Source: Armatimonadota bacterium (lineage in GTDB: Bacteria; Armatimonadota; HRBIN16). From it: 64,000 nt of DNA. Positions 7,591 through 16,058 of the stretch are shown here, piece after piece; positions within the stretch are counted from its first letter, which is position 1; every line of letters begins with the position of its first letter. Below the pieces are notes generated by a model that searched no databases, was not told the DNA's origin, and saw nothing but the letters and a program-made list of their open reading frames with translations. Both the position numbers and the translations under genes were made by a program. Where the stretch lies: contig OY781964.1 in NCBI GenBank assembly GCA_963677485.1, forward strand, positions 480,001-544,000, in the 5' to 3' direction.

Positions 7591-10539
7591 ATGTATGCCT
7601 GGTTTTTCAGTATCGTGCTCACGATTGGGTTAGCCACCTCGCTGGTGGCTCAAACGCCCGATGAGGTGGAGGTCGGTCCCACGCCGATCCCGTGGTATAC
7701 CGGTAACCTGAATGTGCATCCCTTCATGGTGCATTACGGCACAGCGGCAGGTGAACAGCCCGCGATGGACTGGGCTAGCCCCGAGCGGATGGCCATACTG
7801 AAGCGCATCGGCGTGTTTGCCGATTGCGACTACCAGGCCTGGAGCATGGTGGAGCCTCAGCCTGGTAAATGGGATTTCAGCCGGTATATCAAGACAGCCC
7901 AACTGGTAAAAAAAGCGGGTCTGGACTACATCCCCTTCTGCTGGGTTCACTATCCCCCGCAATGGTATCTCGATTCGCCCGACTTCGTGCCCTACCGTTG
8001 CGCGGAACATTGCGAGGATTTGATACAGCTATCACCCTGGTCGCCGAAGGTGTGGGAGGTGTATCGCAGCTATTACCAGGCGCAGAAAAAGGCGATGGGT
8101 GATTACATCGGCTGGATCCGTGTGGCCACGCCCTCGGACTACGGCGAGATCGGCTATCCCGCCGGCATGACCAGTTGGCTGGTGCCGCAGAAGCACGCGC
8201 ACGCCGGCTTCTGGTGCGGTGACAAGTATGCTGTCGCTGACTTCCAAAGCCAGATGAAGTCCAAATTCAAGACGCTGAAGGCCCTCAACGCCCGCTGGGG
8301 CACCGCGTTCAAGCAGTGGGATCACGTCACCCAGCCTGTCACCCTCGACGATGCCGCACGTAAGCAGGCATGGAACTCCAAAAAGAGCACCGATATGCGC
8401 CGTTGGCTGGACTTCATGGACTGGTACAACGGCTTCTGGGTGCGCTTCGTGCCCGGATTGTGCGGAGTGATTCGTGAGTCCTACCCCAAGAACCAGCAGA
8501 TTGTGAGCATCGGTTACGGTGCCGAAAAGAACTACTTCGGCAACGACGTGACTCGGCTGGTTCAGATGGCGAAAAAGACCAAAATCGCGCTCCAGACCCC
8601 CGGAAATGTGAGCTACTACAGTCAAAAGCGCGTCAGCACCGCCTGCCGGTTCTACGGCGTGCCATACTACACAGAGCCGCCGGGTGATGTTCAGCCCAAC
8701 GACGAGATGCGCAGGCTTTATAACGACATCGCCAACGGAATCAGCGTGTTCTTTGACTACCCACCGAACATGGACCGCGTCCGTCCGCAGCTCAAGGAAT
8801 ACAAGGACTTCATGACCGGCGCGCAACCTGTGGTCGACTTTGCCATTTTCAACAGCACCATCAACTTCCGGCTGGAGGATGACGGTGCCTATCCCGGCCC
8901 GGCGTATCTGCTGGGTGAGGGCAGCGAGCAGTACGACTATGATGTGGTAGACGAGACGCTCATCAACGACGGTGTTTTGAAGCACTACCGCGTGATGGCG
9001 TATGTCTACGGCAACACCACGGAGCAGAGCTCGCTCAAGAAAATCGCCGAGTGGGTGAAACAGGGCGGTGCGCTGATCACCAGTCAGATGGGCACCGTGA
9101 GCAGCGTCGAAGGCGGCTCTTCCGTGTGGCGTTCGTTAGTGCCCTCCCGAATGCCGGATGCCGCCAGCTTGCTCAAAGGCGACCGTTGGGACTGGCCAGA
9201 GGTGATCAAGCAGTGCTCGCGGCGTGTGGGCAAGGGCATCGTGATCCAACTACCGGTGAAACCCACCAACTTGAAACCGCTGGTAGATGGCTGCACACAG
9301 GCGATCTACAACCTGAAGCAGGCGGGGAACAGCTTCCGCAACGCTCCGTTGATCGACGATCAAGCGAACGGCTTCCGAGCGGTGCTTCTGACCGACCGCA
9401 TCGTGTTCTACACCTGGATGCCCGATGGAGTGGACACCATCGTGAAGCTGCGGCCTGAGGACTGGGTGGGCCGTAAGCGTCCCGCGCAGATGGAATTTCG
9501 GTTGAAGATGGCGCCGCACACGCTGAGCTCCGTAAGGTTGGTCGATCCATCGACTTCAAGAGTTCTCAGCAACACCCATAACCTGGTAACTTGGATGCAC
9601 GGTCAAAACTATCTTTTCAACGGATGCATGCAATACCTCATGGAGTGTCTCGGCGCAGACAAACAGTATGATTACTGGTTTTTCTCGGGCGTCACGGGGG
9701 ATTCGTTCACCCAGGTCTACCGGCCAGATTGGAGCAAATTCACAAGCTGTTTATCGCAAGATGCGTTCAGTCGTGAGATGGCCAAGAAGGCGTTCGATGC
9801 GTGTGGTTATGAGTTCCAGTATGTAGACAAAGCTGAGTTGCAGGCCCACAAGAGTCGCTACATTAAGAAGATCGTGAATAGCATAAACGCCGGAATACCT
9901 GTCATCTCACGAACGAATGATGATGGAGGTCAGTTTAGTGCGATCTGCGGGTACGAGGACAACGGCAAAACCCTGCTGTTCATGGAAGGCGATAAAACGG
10001 AGCCAACGCGGTATACCGATGGGTTGTCTGGCAAAACCGGCAGCCCCTTATGCCTCGTGTTTGCAGGAAAAAAGAAGACCGCACCACCCATCGCCGATGT
10101 ATACAGACAAGCCGTGATGAATATCCCGCACCAAATCACATTACCTGCTAAAGATGGATTGGTATTTGGTAAGGCTGCGTTCGATTCATGGGCCGACGCG
10201 CTGAGGAATAATGACTTCACTGGCGTGCCCGACGACAAGATGGATACCTGGAAAATCCAAGGAACATATATCTGTATCGCAGGGACAAATGGTTGCTCCC
10301 GCGGTTACATAAAGAAGGCGTTGGAACTCAATCCAGATATGGTCTTTATCAACAAACTGGCGCCTATCTTCGAACGACAGCAAATGCTCTTTGAGTCGAT
10401 GTTATCTATCGGTGGAGGGTTTGAGATCACCAAAGAGACCTTGAGAAATCAGGAGTTAAAGCTGCCCATCATCGCCAAAATCCGGGAGTTCTCGAAATGC
10501 TGTGATGAGATCATGGATGTGTTTGCCTCGCAGAAGTGA
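7591..10539 (+). CDS. Secreted GH14/GH42-like (beta-galactosidase-like) protein fused to a C-terminal BtrH_N/papain-like domain
   Basis: Signal peptide; 'WSMVEPQPGKWDF', 'DYGEIGYP', 'LNARWGT', trimerisation-like 'YDVVDE..I.DG.L..YRV'; a distinct ~325 aa C-terminal domain starting 'HGQNYLFNGCMQYLMECLG'. AAGGAG RBS. Confidence 0.6.
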   Translation: MYAWFFSIVLTIGLATSLVAQTPDEVEVGPTPIPWYTGNLNVHPFMVHYGTAAGEQPAMDWASPERMAILKRIGVFADCDYQAWSMVEPQPGKWDFSRYIKTAQLVKKAGLDYIPFCWVHYPPQWYLDSPDFVPYRCAEHCEDLIQLSPWSPKVWEVYRSYYQAQKKAMGDYIGWIRVATPSDYGEIGYPAGMTSWLVPQKHAHAGFWCGDKYAVADFQSQMKSKFKTLKALNARWGTAFKQWDHVTQPVTLDDAARKQAWNSKKSTDMRRWLDFMDWYNGFWVRFVPGLCGVIRESYPKNQQIVSIGYGAEKNYFGNDVTRLVQMAKKTKIALQTPGNVSYYSQKRVSTACRFYGVPYYTEPPGDVQPNDEMRRLYNDIANGISVFFDYPPNMDRVRPQLKEYKDFMTGAQPVVDFAIFNSTINFRLEDDGAYPGPAYLLGEGSEQYDYDVVDETLINDGVLKHYRVMAYVYGNTTEQSSLKKIAEWVKQGGALITSQMGTVSSVEGGSSVWRSLVPSRMPDAASLLKGDRWDWPEVIKQCSRRVGKGIVIQLPVKPTNLKPLVDGCTQAIYNLKQAGNSFRNAPLIDDQANGFRAVLLTDRIVFYTWMPDGVDTIVKLRPEDWVGRKRPAQMEFRLKMAPHTLSSVRLVDPSTSRVLSNTHNLVTWMHGQNYLFNGCMQYLMECLGADKQYDYWFFSGVTGDSFTQVYRPDWSKFTSCLSQDAFSREMAKKAFDACGYEFQYVDKAELQAHKSRYIKKIVNSINAGIPVISRTNDDGGQFSAICGYEDNGKTLLFMEGDKTEPTRYTDGLSGKTGSPLCLVFAGKKKTAPPIADVYRQAVMNIPHQITLPAKDGLVFGKAAFDSWADALRNNDFTGVPDDKMDTWKIQGTYICIAGTNGCSRGYIKKALELNPDMVFINKLAPIFERQQMLFESMLSIGGGFEITKETLRNQELKLPIIAKIREFSKCCDEIMDVFASQK

Positions 10540-10563
10540 CAAGATAAGTGGAGACAACCTGTC

Positions 10564-10674
10564 ATGATGAATAGAAAAGAGCGCGTGATCGCCGTTATGG
10601 AGCACAGACCGGTCGACAGAACCCCTGTGTTTCCGGTGGCCACCTTTTATCTAAGCTCCGAGGTGCTGAAGTAG
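10564..10674 (+). pseudogene. 36-codon remnant of the 5' end of a UroD/MtaA-family gene (MMNRKERVIAVMEHRPVDRTPVFPVATFYLSSEVLK*)
   Basis: Clear nucleotide and amino-acid match to the first ~33 codons of the gene at 11892; own GGAG RBS. Confidence 0.75.
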
Positions 10675-10680
10675 CGCCTT

Positions 10681-11895
10681 ATGAAATCACTACCGGTGAT
10701 GCGTATCATGAACCCGGAGGCCGCCTTCACTCCGATGGCGGCCAAACTGCCTTCGCAAGCCTACAGCGAGACCCCGCCCTGGGTGGTGAACACCAACCTT
10801 GGCACGCTGTTCAGCTTCACAACGTGTTTCAGTTACAGCCTGTTAGCTCGACCCGACCGCAGCCTTTTGCGAGATGCCGATGCGCTCTACCCCGAGACGG
10901 CCTTCCGCAGCTCCGCGGGCGTGATCTCTGAGCAGGACACGCCTCCGCCAGGGCTGATGAACCCCATCCCCTACTGGCGGCGCAACTACTACGGTGTGTT
11001 TTCGATGCATTGCGTCAAGCACCCCCGTACCAGCGAGATTTGCCACCTGGCCGTTCTGCACGGTGAGAACAAGAATGAGCGCGTCTGGCCTGGTGTGCAA
11101 TACGACAACACCATCCTGCCACCACGCAAGTATAAAGAAGATGAGTATAGCGGTGTCCCCCGCAAGGGCGGTGATTACCGCGATAACTGGTCAGCATACT
11201 TCGGGTTCATCGGGATGGCCTGGTGCCCCCGCAGCGAGATGAACGGCTGGCGGTTGATGAGCCATGATGAAGGTCCGATGCTGTGGCCGAGTATGGGCTA
11301 CTTAAGCTCTGACGGCAAACAGGCAGGTTGCGGGTTACGGCATCCCAGCTCGATTGTGCATGATGGGCATCTGTATGTTTTCTATCTGGAGAGCTGGCCG
11401 GTGAAGCCTGGACAGGGACGGCAAGGCGGCATCAAGCTGACGCGAGCACCGCTGGATCGGCTTTGGACCACCGGAAGTTTCTGCAACTGGTTTGATGGCG
11501 GCTTCAAGGAGCCTTCACTGCCGCGCGGTTTCAGCAAGCATGACCGCAGGTGTCTGAGCCAGCCGGGCGGGCGCAGTGACAAGCTCTTCCCTGAGAACGC
11601 GGTGCGCTTTTCGGTCGCCCGCGTGCGTGAAAAGCAACTGTTCGTGGGGGTTGAGGAGCGTCAGACCGAATCACGCTTTGCTGTGTACCTCAGGTGCTCA
11701 GAGGACCTGGTGCATTGGTCTGATGGCGTGCTGGTGCCGGGCTCCGAGCGCGGCTGGGCCGATGGCTACCACTACCCCGTACTCATGAACCGCGAGATGA
11801 GCAGTTGCGAGCTGATAGACCCGGACGGGTTCCTGCTGGCTGCCAGCACCCCACCGAATCCCTTCTTCCGCGAGCTGAAGTTGTCATGGTCATGA
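10681..11895 (+). CDS. Hypothetical protein, probable five-bladed beta-propeller glycoside hydrolase-like fold
   Basis: 'GLRHPSSIVHDGHLYVFY', 'SEDLVHWS', 'YHYPVL' are typical of arabinanase/levansucrase-clan propellers. Stop overlaps the next start (ATGA). Confidence 0.5.
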   Translation: MKSLPVMRIMNPEAAFTPMAAKLPSQAYSETPPWVVNTNLGTLFSFTTCFSYSLLARPDRSLLRDADALYPETAFRSSAGVISEQDTPPPGLMNPIPYWRRNYYGVFSMHCVKHPRTSEICHLAVLHGENKNERVWPGVQYDNTILPPRKYKEDEYSGVPRKGGDYRDNWSAYFGFIGMAWCPRSEMNGWRLMSHDEGPMLWPSMGYLSSDGKQAGCGLRHPSSIVHDGHLYVFYLESWPVKPGQGRQGGIKLTRAPLDRLWTTGSFCNWFDGGFKEPSLPRGFSKHDRRCLSQPGGRSDKLFPENAVRFSVARVREKQLFVGVEERQTESRFAVYLRCSEDLVHWSDGVLVPGSERGWADGYHYPVLMNREMSSCELIDPDGFLLAASTPPNPFFRELKLSWS

Positions 11896-12971
11896 GTGGA
11901 AAAGAGCGCGTGATCGCCGCGATGGAGCACAGACCGGTCGATAGAACCCCTGTGTTTCCTGTGGTGACCTCATACCTGAGTTCGCGGGTGATGGGTGTGC
12001 CAATGGAGGGGTTTGCCATTGACCCCAACCTGCACCATACCGCTGGTCTGCCGGCGTTGATCGAGCGGTTCGGGTTCGATGGCGTAGAAATCCCCATGGG
12101 CGCCCCATCAGACACAGCAGAGCACCAGAAGGTAATAGAGCAAGATGGCATCCGCTATTTGGCGGATGTGGCAACCTCGACCCCCATTGCCCGGCTGCAG
12201 CGCGACGACCACCCGATCGCGCTCTCCATTGAACCTTTCCTGAAGAACAAGCGTGATCTGGAGAAGATCACCATCACCCCCGCCGAGGAGTATGAGCGCC
12301 TGGGATGCCTGGAACCGGTCCGTGACTTCGTGCGGGAATACGGCGAGCGTGTGTTCATCGCCGGACATGCCGCGGGGCAGAGCATGAACTCGCTGGCCGC
12401 ATGGCGGGGCAGCGATCAGGCGATGCTGGACCTCGTGGACGACCCGGAGTTTGTCCACACGGTCATGGAGCGCGCCACAGCGATGTCCATTGAAGTGGGC
12501 AAGGCCATGATCAAAGCCGGTGTGCATGGCATCTATATCGGCGACGCCTGGGCCTCTGTGAGCATCATCTCACCCAGATACTATGAACGTTATTGCCTGC
12601 CCTATCATGCCAATGCGGCTGAGGCGTTTCACCAGCTTGGTGCCAAGGTCTATCTGCATATCTGCGGTCACAGCAGCCCGATTCTGGAGATGATGGCGGA
12701 TACCGGTGTGGATGCCATCGAACCGCTTGACTTGATGAACACGGCGCTACTGGCCGATGCGAAACGGAGGGTCGGCGACAAGGTTTGTCTCAAAGGCGGG
12801 GTCAGCACCTCGCTGCTGCTGAACGGCTCACCTGACGAGGTGTATGCAGCCTCTGTCAGCGCCATCGAGGTGTGCGGCCCTACCGGCTACATTCTGGGCA
12901 GCGGTGACGACATCCCGCGTGACGCCCCGCTGGCAAACGTCGACACCATGCTCCGCGCCGCTCGCGGCTGA
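11892..12971 (+). CDS. Uroporphyrinogen decarboxylase-family (MtaA/CmuA-like) protein
   Basis: 'MSGKERVIAAM..PVDRTPVFP', 'ISPRYYERYCLPY', 'LHICG', 'CLKGGV', 'GYILGSGDDIP..PLANV'. Confidence 0.85.
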   Translation: MSGKERVIAAMEHRPVDRTPVFPVVTSYLSSRVMGVPMEGFAIDPNLHHTAGLPALIERFGFDGVEIPMGAPSDTAEHQKVIEQDGIRYLADVATSTPIARLQRDDHPIALSIEPFLKNKRDLEKITITPAEEYERLGCLEPVRDFVREYGERVFIAGHAAGQSMNSLAAWRGSDQAMLDLVDDPEFVHTVMERATAMSIEVGKAMIKAGVHGIYIGDAWASVSIISPRYYERYCLPYHANAAEAFHQLGAKVYLHICGHSSPILEMMADTGVDAIEPLDLMNTALLADAKRRVGDKVCLKGGVSTSLLLNGSPDEVYAASVSAIEVCGPTGYILGSGDDIPRDAPLANVDTMLRAARG

Positions 12972-12982
12972 GTTTGGGGGCT

Positions 12983-13037
12983 GGATAGAATCACCTACAC
13001 GTGTTGATAAGTATAGGTGATTCTATCCGTTCTTATT
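12983..13037. terminator. Hairpin between convergent genes, probable (bidirectional) terminator
   Basis: Perfect 15-bp arms GGATAGAATCACCTA (12983-12997) and TAGGTGATTCTATCC (13014-13028), followed by a T-rich tract. Confidence 0.55.
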
Positions 13038-13104
13038 TAGGGCATAGGCTTCCACACGTAGATGGTCTTCTGGCTGGTGATGTCGATCACGGAGGGTTTT
13101 TCGA

Positions 13105-15129
13105 TCATTTCGTCAATGCTTCCCAAAGATACGGTGTGTATTTCAACCCTTGTTTATCAATGAGACCGGTATGTCCTTCTTGCAGGGTCATGAGTTGGGT
13201 GATGGCGATCGAATCTGCATCATACCGACCATCAAAACTTACCGTGATCGAAAACTCATCACGGCCCGAAAAACCCCAATAACGCCATGTTCTGGCGATT
13301 TTTCTGCCCGATAGCGCGTCGTAAAGGTCATAAGTGATCGAATTCACTTGAACATGCAGGTAACGGTCATCTCTGAAAAACAGCACATTCATACCAGCTT
13401 GAGGAATCGAATGCAGAACCTTGCCCGTAGCCGTATCCCATATACGAACCGTCGCCGCACTATCAAGGCTGACCATACGGTCACTTGATTTTGTAAAGTG
13501 CGCCATCACGATGTCACCTTGGTGTGGATACAGCTTGCTTTTGACCACAGCACTGGGTCTGTCGATGATGAACAACGCAGCGTTTCGTCCGTATTCACTT
13601 GATGATCCCGGTGTGTCGTAACCCGCGAGAGCATACAGTCTTCCGTCAGAACTGAGCTCTACCAGATGAACCTTGGAGGCCATCTTCGGAGTAATGATCA
13701 GTTGACTGTCGGTTAACGCTCTGATCTTGGGAGCCCCGTCTACTGTGCTGGCGATATACTTCGCGTCATTTGACAGACTGATATGCGGAAGCTGCCAGTC
13801 TACTTCAAACTCCGGATAGACCCCAATTTGCTGACGTGTATCGAGGCTATACAGCTTGATTGGGCTTTTGTCAGCCTTCATCGTGATGTAATATTTACCC
13901 ACCAATGCCACATGTTCAGGGCTGTCGTCTCCTATTCTAGGACTGCTTGCAACCGCAAACACGTTTGGCACGACAGGCATCAAGGAGACACCAGGGTAAT
14001 CGTTGTTAGTTTCAGGTAGAAAACTTGGTGGTCTGACGACCAGTTGAGCATGCATCATAGACACAGGCTGCCACTTAAAGGAAATAAGGCTCTGACCGGT
14101 TTCGAAATCAACCAGTGAGGGATTGCTGCCGAACCCAAGTGCCACCTTCCCGGTTCCATCAAAACTGACCAACCCTACCCCAATTTCGAATTTCGAGTTG
14201 AATGGCTTAGAAACCAGCTTGTTGTTTTGAACAGTGACTTTACTGGTGAGTTGATCGGTAGATCCGAATTCCTGGTCTTTCCTCATGGGAATATCAAGCC
14301 ACTGCTCTCTGAACACAATCCCGGCAGGAGAGACACCCTTTATATCCGTGAGCGCGAAACTCTTTTGTGGCTTCAAGTCACATAAACGCCATCGTGCTAA
14401 TCTTTCGCAAGGCATCGCCGCTATGATTTCCTTAGTAGGTGCATAATAGCCAACCATATCATTGTTGGCATTCTCAATGGCGTTCGAGGCCTCGTCGGCC
14501 GGAGCAGGAATCGAACAAACTCGCGTGCTGAGGTCCTTCGGATTCACAACTGCCAGGCTGTGTGCCGTGACGAAACCAGCCCATCTGTTGATACTACGCA
14601 GTGCCGTCATCTGGTAAATCGGCTTTCCAATCGCCTTCTTACGGATCAGCTTGCCGGTCGCACAGTCATGTTGATACAGTTGGCCATCTCCCGTCGCGAT
14701 GATCAAAGATGCCTGGTTGGGCACAAACATGACCGAAGTGATCACCGTCTTCACAGATATTCGCGTCACGGGTCTATGGGCTCGATTATACCAAAGACTG
14801 ACGGTAGAGCGGTTTGCCTGAGCCACCCATTCTCCGTGGTCACTGATGTCAAACGGCGGTGGATTACCCTCTCCGGAGTTGGGTGAGTATATTGCATCCA
14901 TACTCGCTTCGGCTCGAAATCTGGCGATGACCTGCTGTTTATACAGGTCCATGACCGATATCTCGCTATTCAGTCCGACGAACACCGCCGTTTTCCCATC
15001 AGCGGAAAGCCTGTGATACCACCCATCTGGTGTCGTGGTTGGCCCCACCCAGTCCATGGGGTTGACGGGTGCGGCGAGGGCCGACACGGCGGTGCAGAGT
15101 AGCAGTGCGAGGGTAAGCAGTGGACGCAT
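13105..15129 (-). CDS. Secreted WD40/beta-propeller protein, array paralog A1
   Basis: Start placed at MRPLLTL (AGGAG RBS) by analogy with its paralogs; signal peptide; WD40-like 'HQGDIVMAHF..SDRMVSLD..ATVRIWD'. Confidence 0.75.
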   Translation of the reverse strand: MRPLLTLALLLCTAVSALAAPVNPMDWVGPTTTPDGWYHRLSADGKTAVFVGLNSEISVMDLYKQQVIARFRAEASMDAIYSPNSGEGNPPPFDISDHGEWVAQANRSTVSLWYNRAHRPVTRISVKTVITSVMFVPNQASLIIATGDGQLYQHDCATGKLIRKKAIGKPIYQMTALRSINRWAGFVTAHSLAVVNPKDLSTRVCSIPAPADEASNAIENANNDMVGYYAPTKEIIAAMPCERLARWRLCDLKPQKSFALTDIKGVSPAGIVFREQWLDIPMRKDQEFGSTDQLTSKVTVQNNKLVSKPFNSKFEIGVGLVSFDGTGKVALGFGSNPSLVDFETGQSLISFKWQPVSMMHAQLVVRPPSFLPETNNDYPGVSLMPVVPNVFAVASSPRIGDDSPEHVALVGKYYITMKADKSPIKLYSLDTRQQIGVYPEFEVDWQLPHISLSNDAKYIASTVDGAPKIRALTDSQLIITPKMASKVHLVELSSDGRLYALAGYDTPGSSSEYGRNAALFIIDRPSAVVKSKLYPHQGDIVMAHFTKSSDRMVSLDSAATVRIWDTATGKVLHSIPQAGMNVLFFRDDRYLHVQVNSITYDLYDALSGRKIARTWRYWGFSGRDEFSITVSFDGRYDADSIAITQLMTLQEGHTGLIDKQGLKYTPYLWEALTK

Positions 15130-15170
15130 AGGGTGCGGTCTCCTGGCTAAATCGGTGATATGTTGTTTGG

Positions 15171-16058
15171 TCATGGTTGTTTCCATACGTAGATTGTCTT
15201 TTGGCTGGCGATGTCTACCACTGAAAGCTCGGTGTCATGAAGCACGATCAACCTGGTACCGCTGGAGTTGGGCTTTAGCACGCTGAGTGGCTTTTGGACC
15301 CAACCGAGCGGTGTTCGGGTACCGGATTGTTGATCAAGCATATATGGCCCCTGCTCATCGAGGCGGCAGACGTATCTCAGGTGCTGTTTGATGTTGACGT
15401 CCTTGGGCAGCAGCAGAGGTTCTACCGCGTCTCCTATCCGTGCCTGTAGTAGCTGCTGCTCGCTCATCATACCTGTGACATTATCTTTGGCAATGTCCCA
15501 GATCACATACCCGTAGTGGGTATCGAACCCGTAGAATATATTCGGATCACTCTTGTCGAAGTTAAGCGCCCAGAACCCCGTTTTGAAACTTATTTGGTAG
15601 ACCAAATTGCCAGTTTCCAGGTCATATATACCGCTCCCTGCCTTTGAATTGACGATGGCACGGAGACCGGAGGTGTTGATCGCAGCAACTGTGGTATTCT
15701 CTGCATTAATGCTGAACTGTTTGCTTGTGCGCGTGGTGGTATCGATCCATCTCACTCCCGAGTATGATTGTGTAATGAGCTTTGTGCCGTCTGCGCATGG
15801 CCATACAGCATTGTAGTTGCTGTCGCTATCGACCTTTGTAATGATTCCTGTGTCGATGTTGATCAGCAGGCAATCACCCTTAGGGGCAAAGAATATGGAA
15901 TGACCATCGTCAGCCCATGCTGCATCGGTCGATACATATGTTCTGAACCCGGAATCATAAAACAGTTTATCATCTGGGAATACAACCTGCGCCATGCAGG
16001 TTGAGACTAGCGAAACCAATACAAGGCTAGTGATAAATGGCAATATTAATCTAGCCAT
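15171..16058 (-). CDS. Secreted ~295 aa beta-propeller-like protein, array paralog B1
   Basis: MARLILPF signal peptide; homologous to 18055-18960 ('PY.LDQQ.GT..PL', 'GTRLI', 'ELSV.DIAS.KTIY'). Confidence 0.65.
   Translation of the reverse strand: MARLILPFITSLVLVSLVSTCMAQVVFPDDKLFYDSGFRTYVSTDAAWADDGHSIFFAPKGDCLLINIDTGIITKVDSDSNYNAVWPCADGTKLITQSYSGVRWIDTTTRTSKQFSINAENTTVAAINTSGLRAIVNSKAGSGIYDLETGNLVYQISFKTGFWALNFDKSDPNIFYGFDTHYGYVIWDIAKDNVTGMMSEQQLLQARIGDAVEPLLLPKDVNIKQHLRYVCRLDEQGPYMLDQQSGTRTPLGWVQKPLSVLKPNSSGTRLIVLHDTELSVVDIASQKTIYVWKQP

Noticed and set aside
11892-12971. Calling the UroD-family genes hemE
   Set aside because: They lack the HemE RQAGR motif, carry the HxC motif of the MtaA-like branch, and have no heme pathway context.
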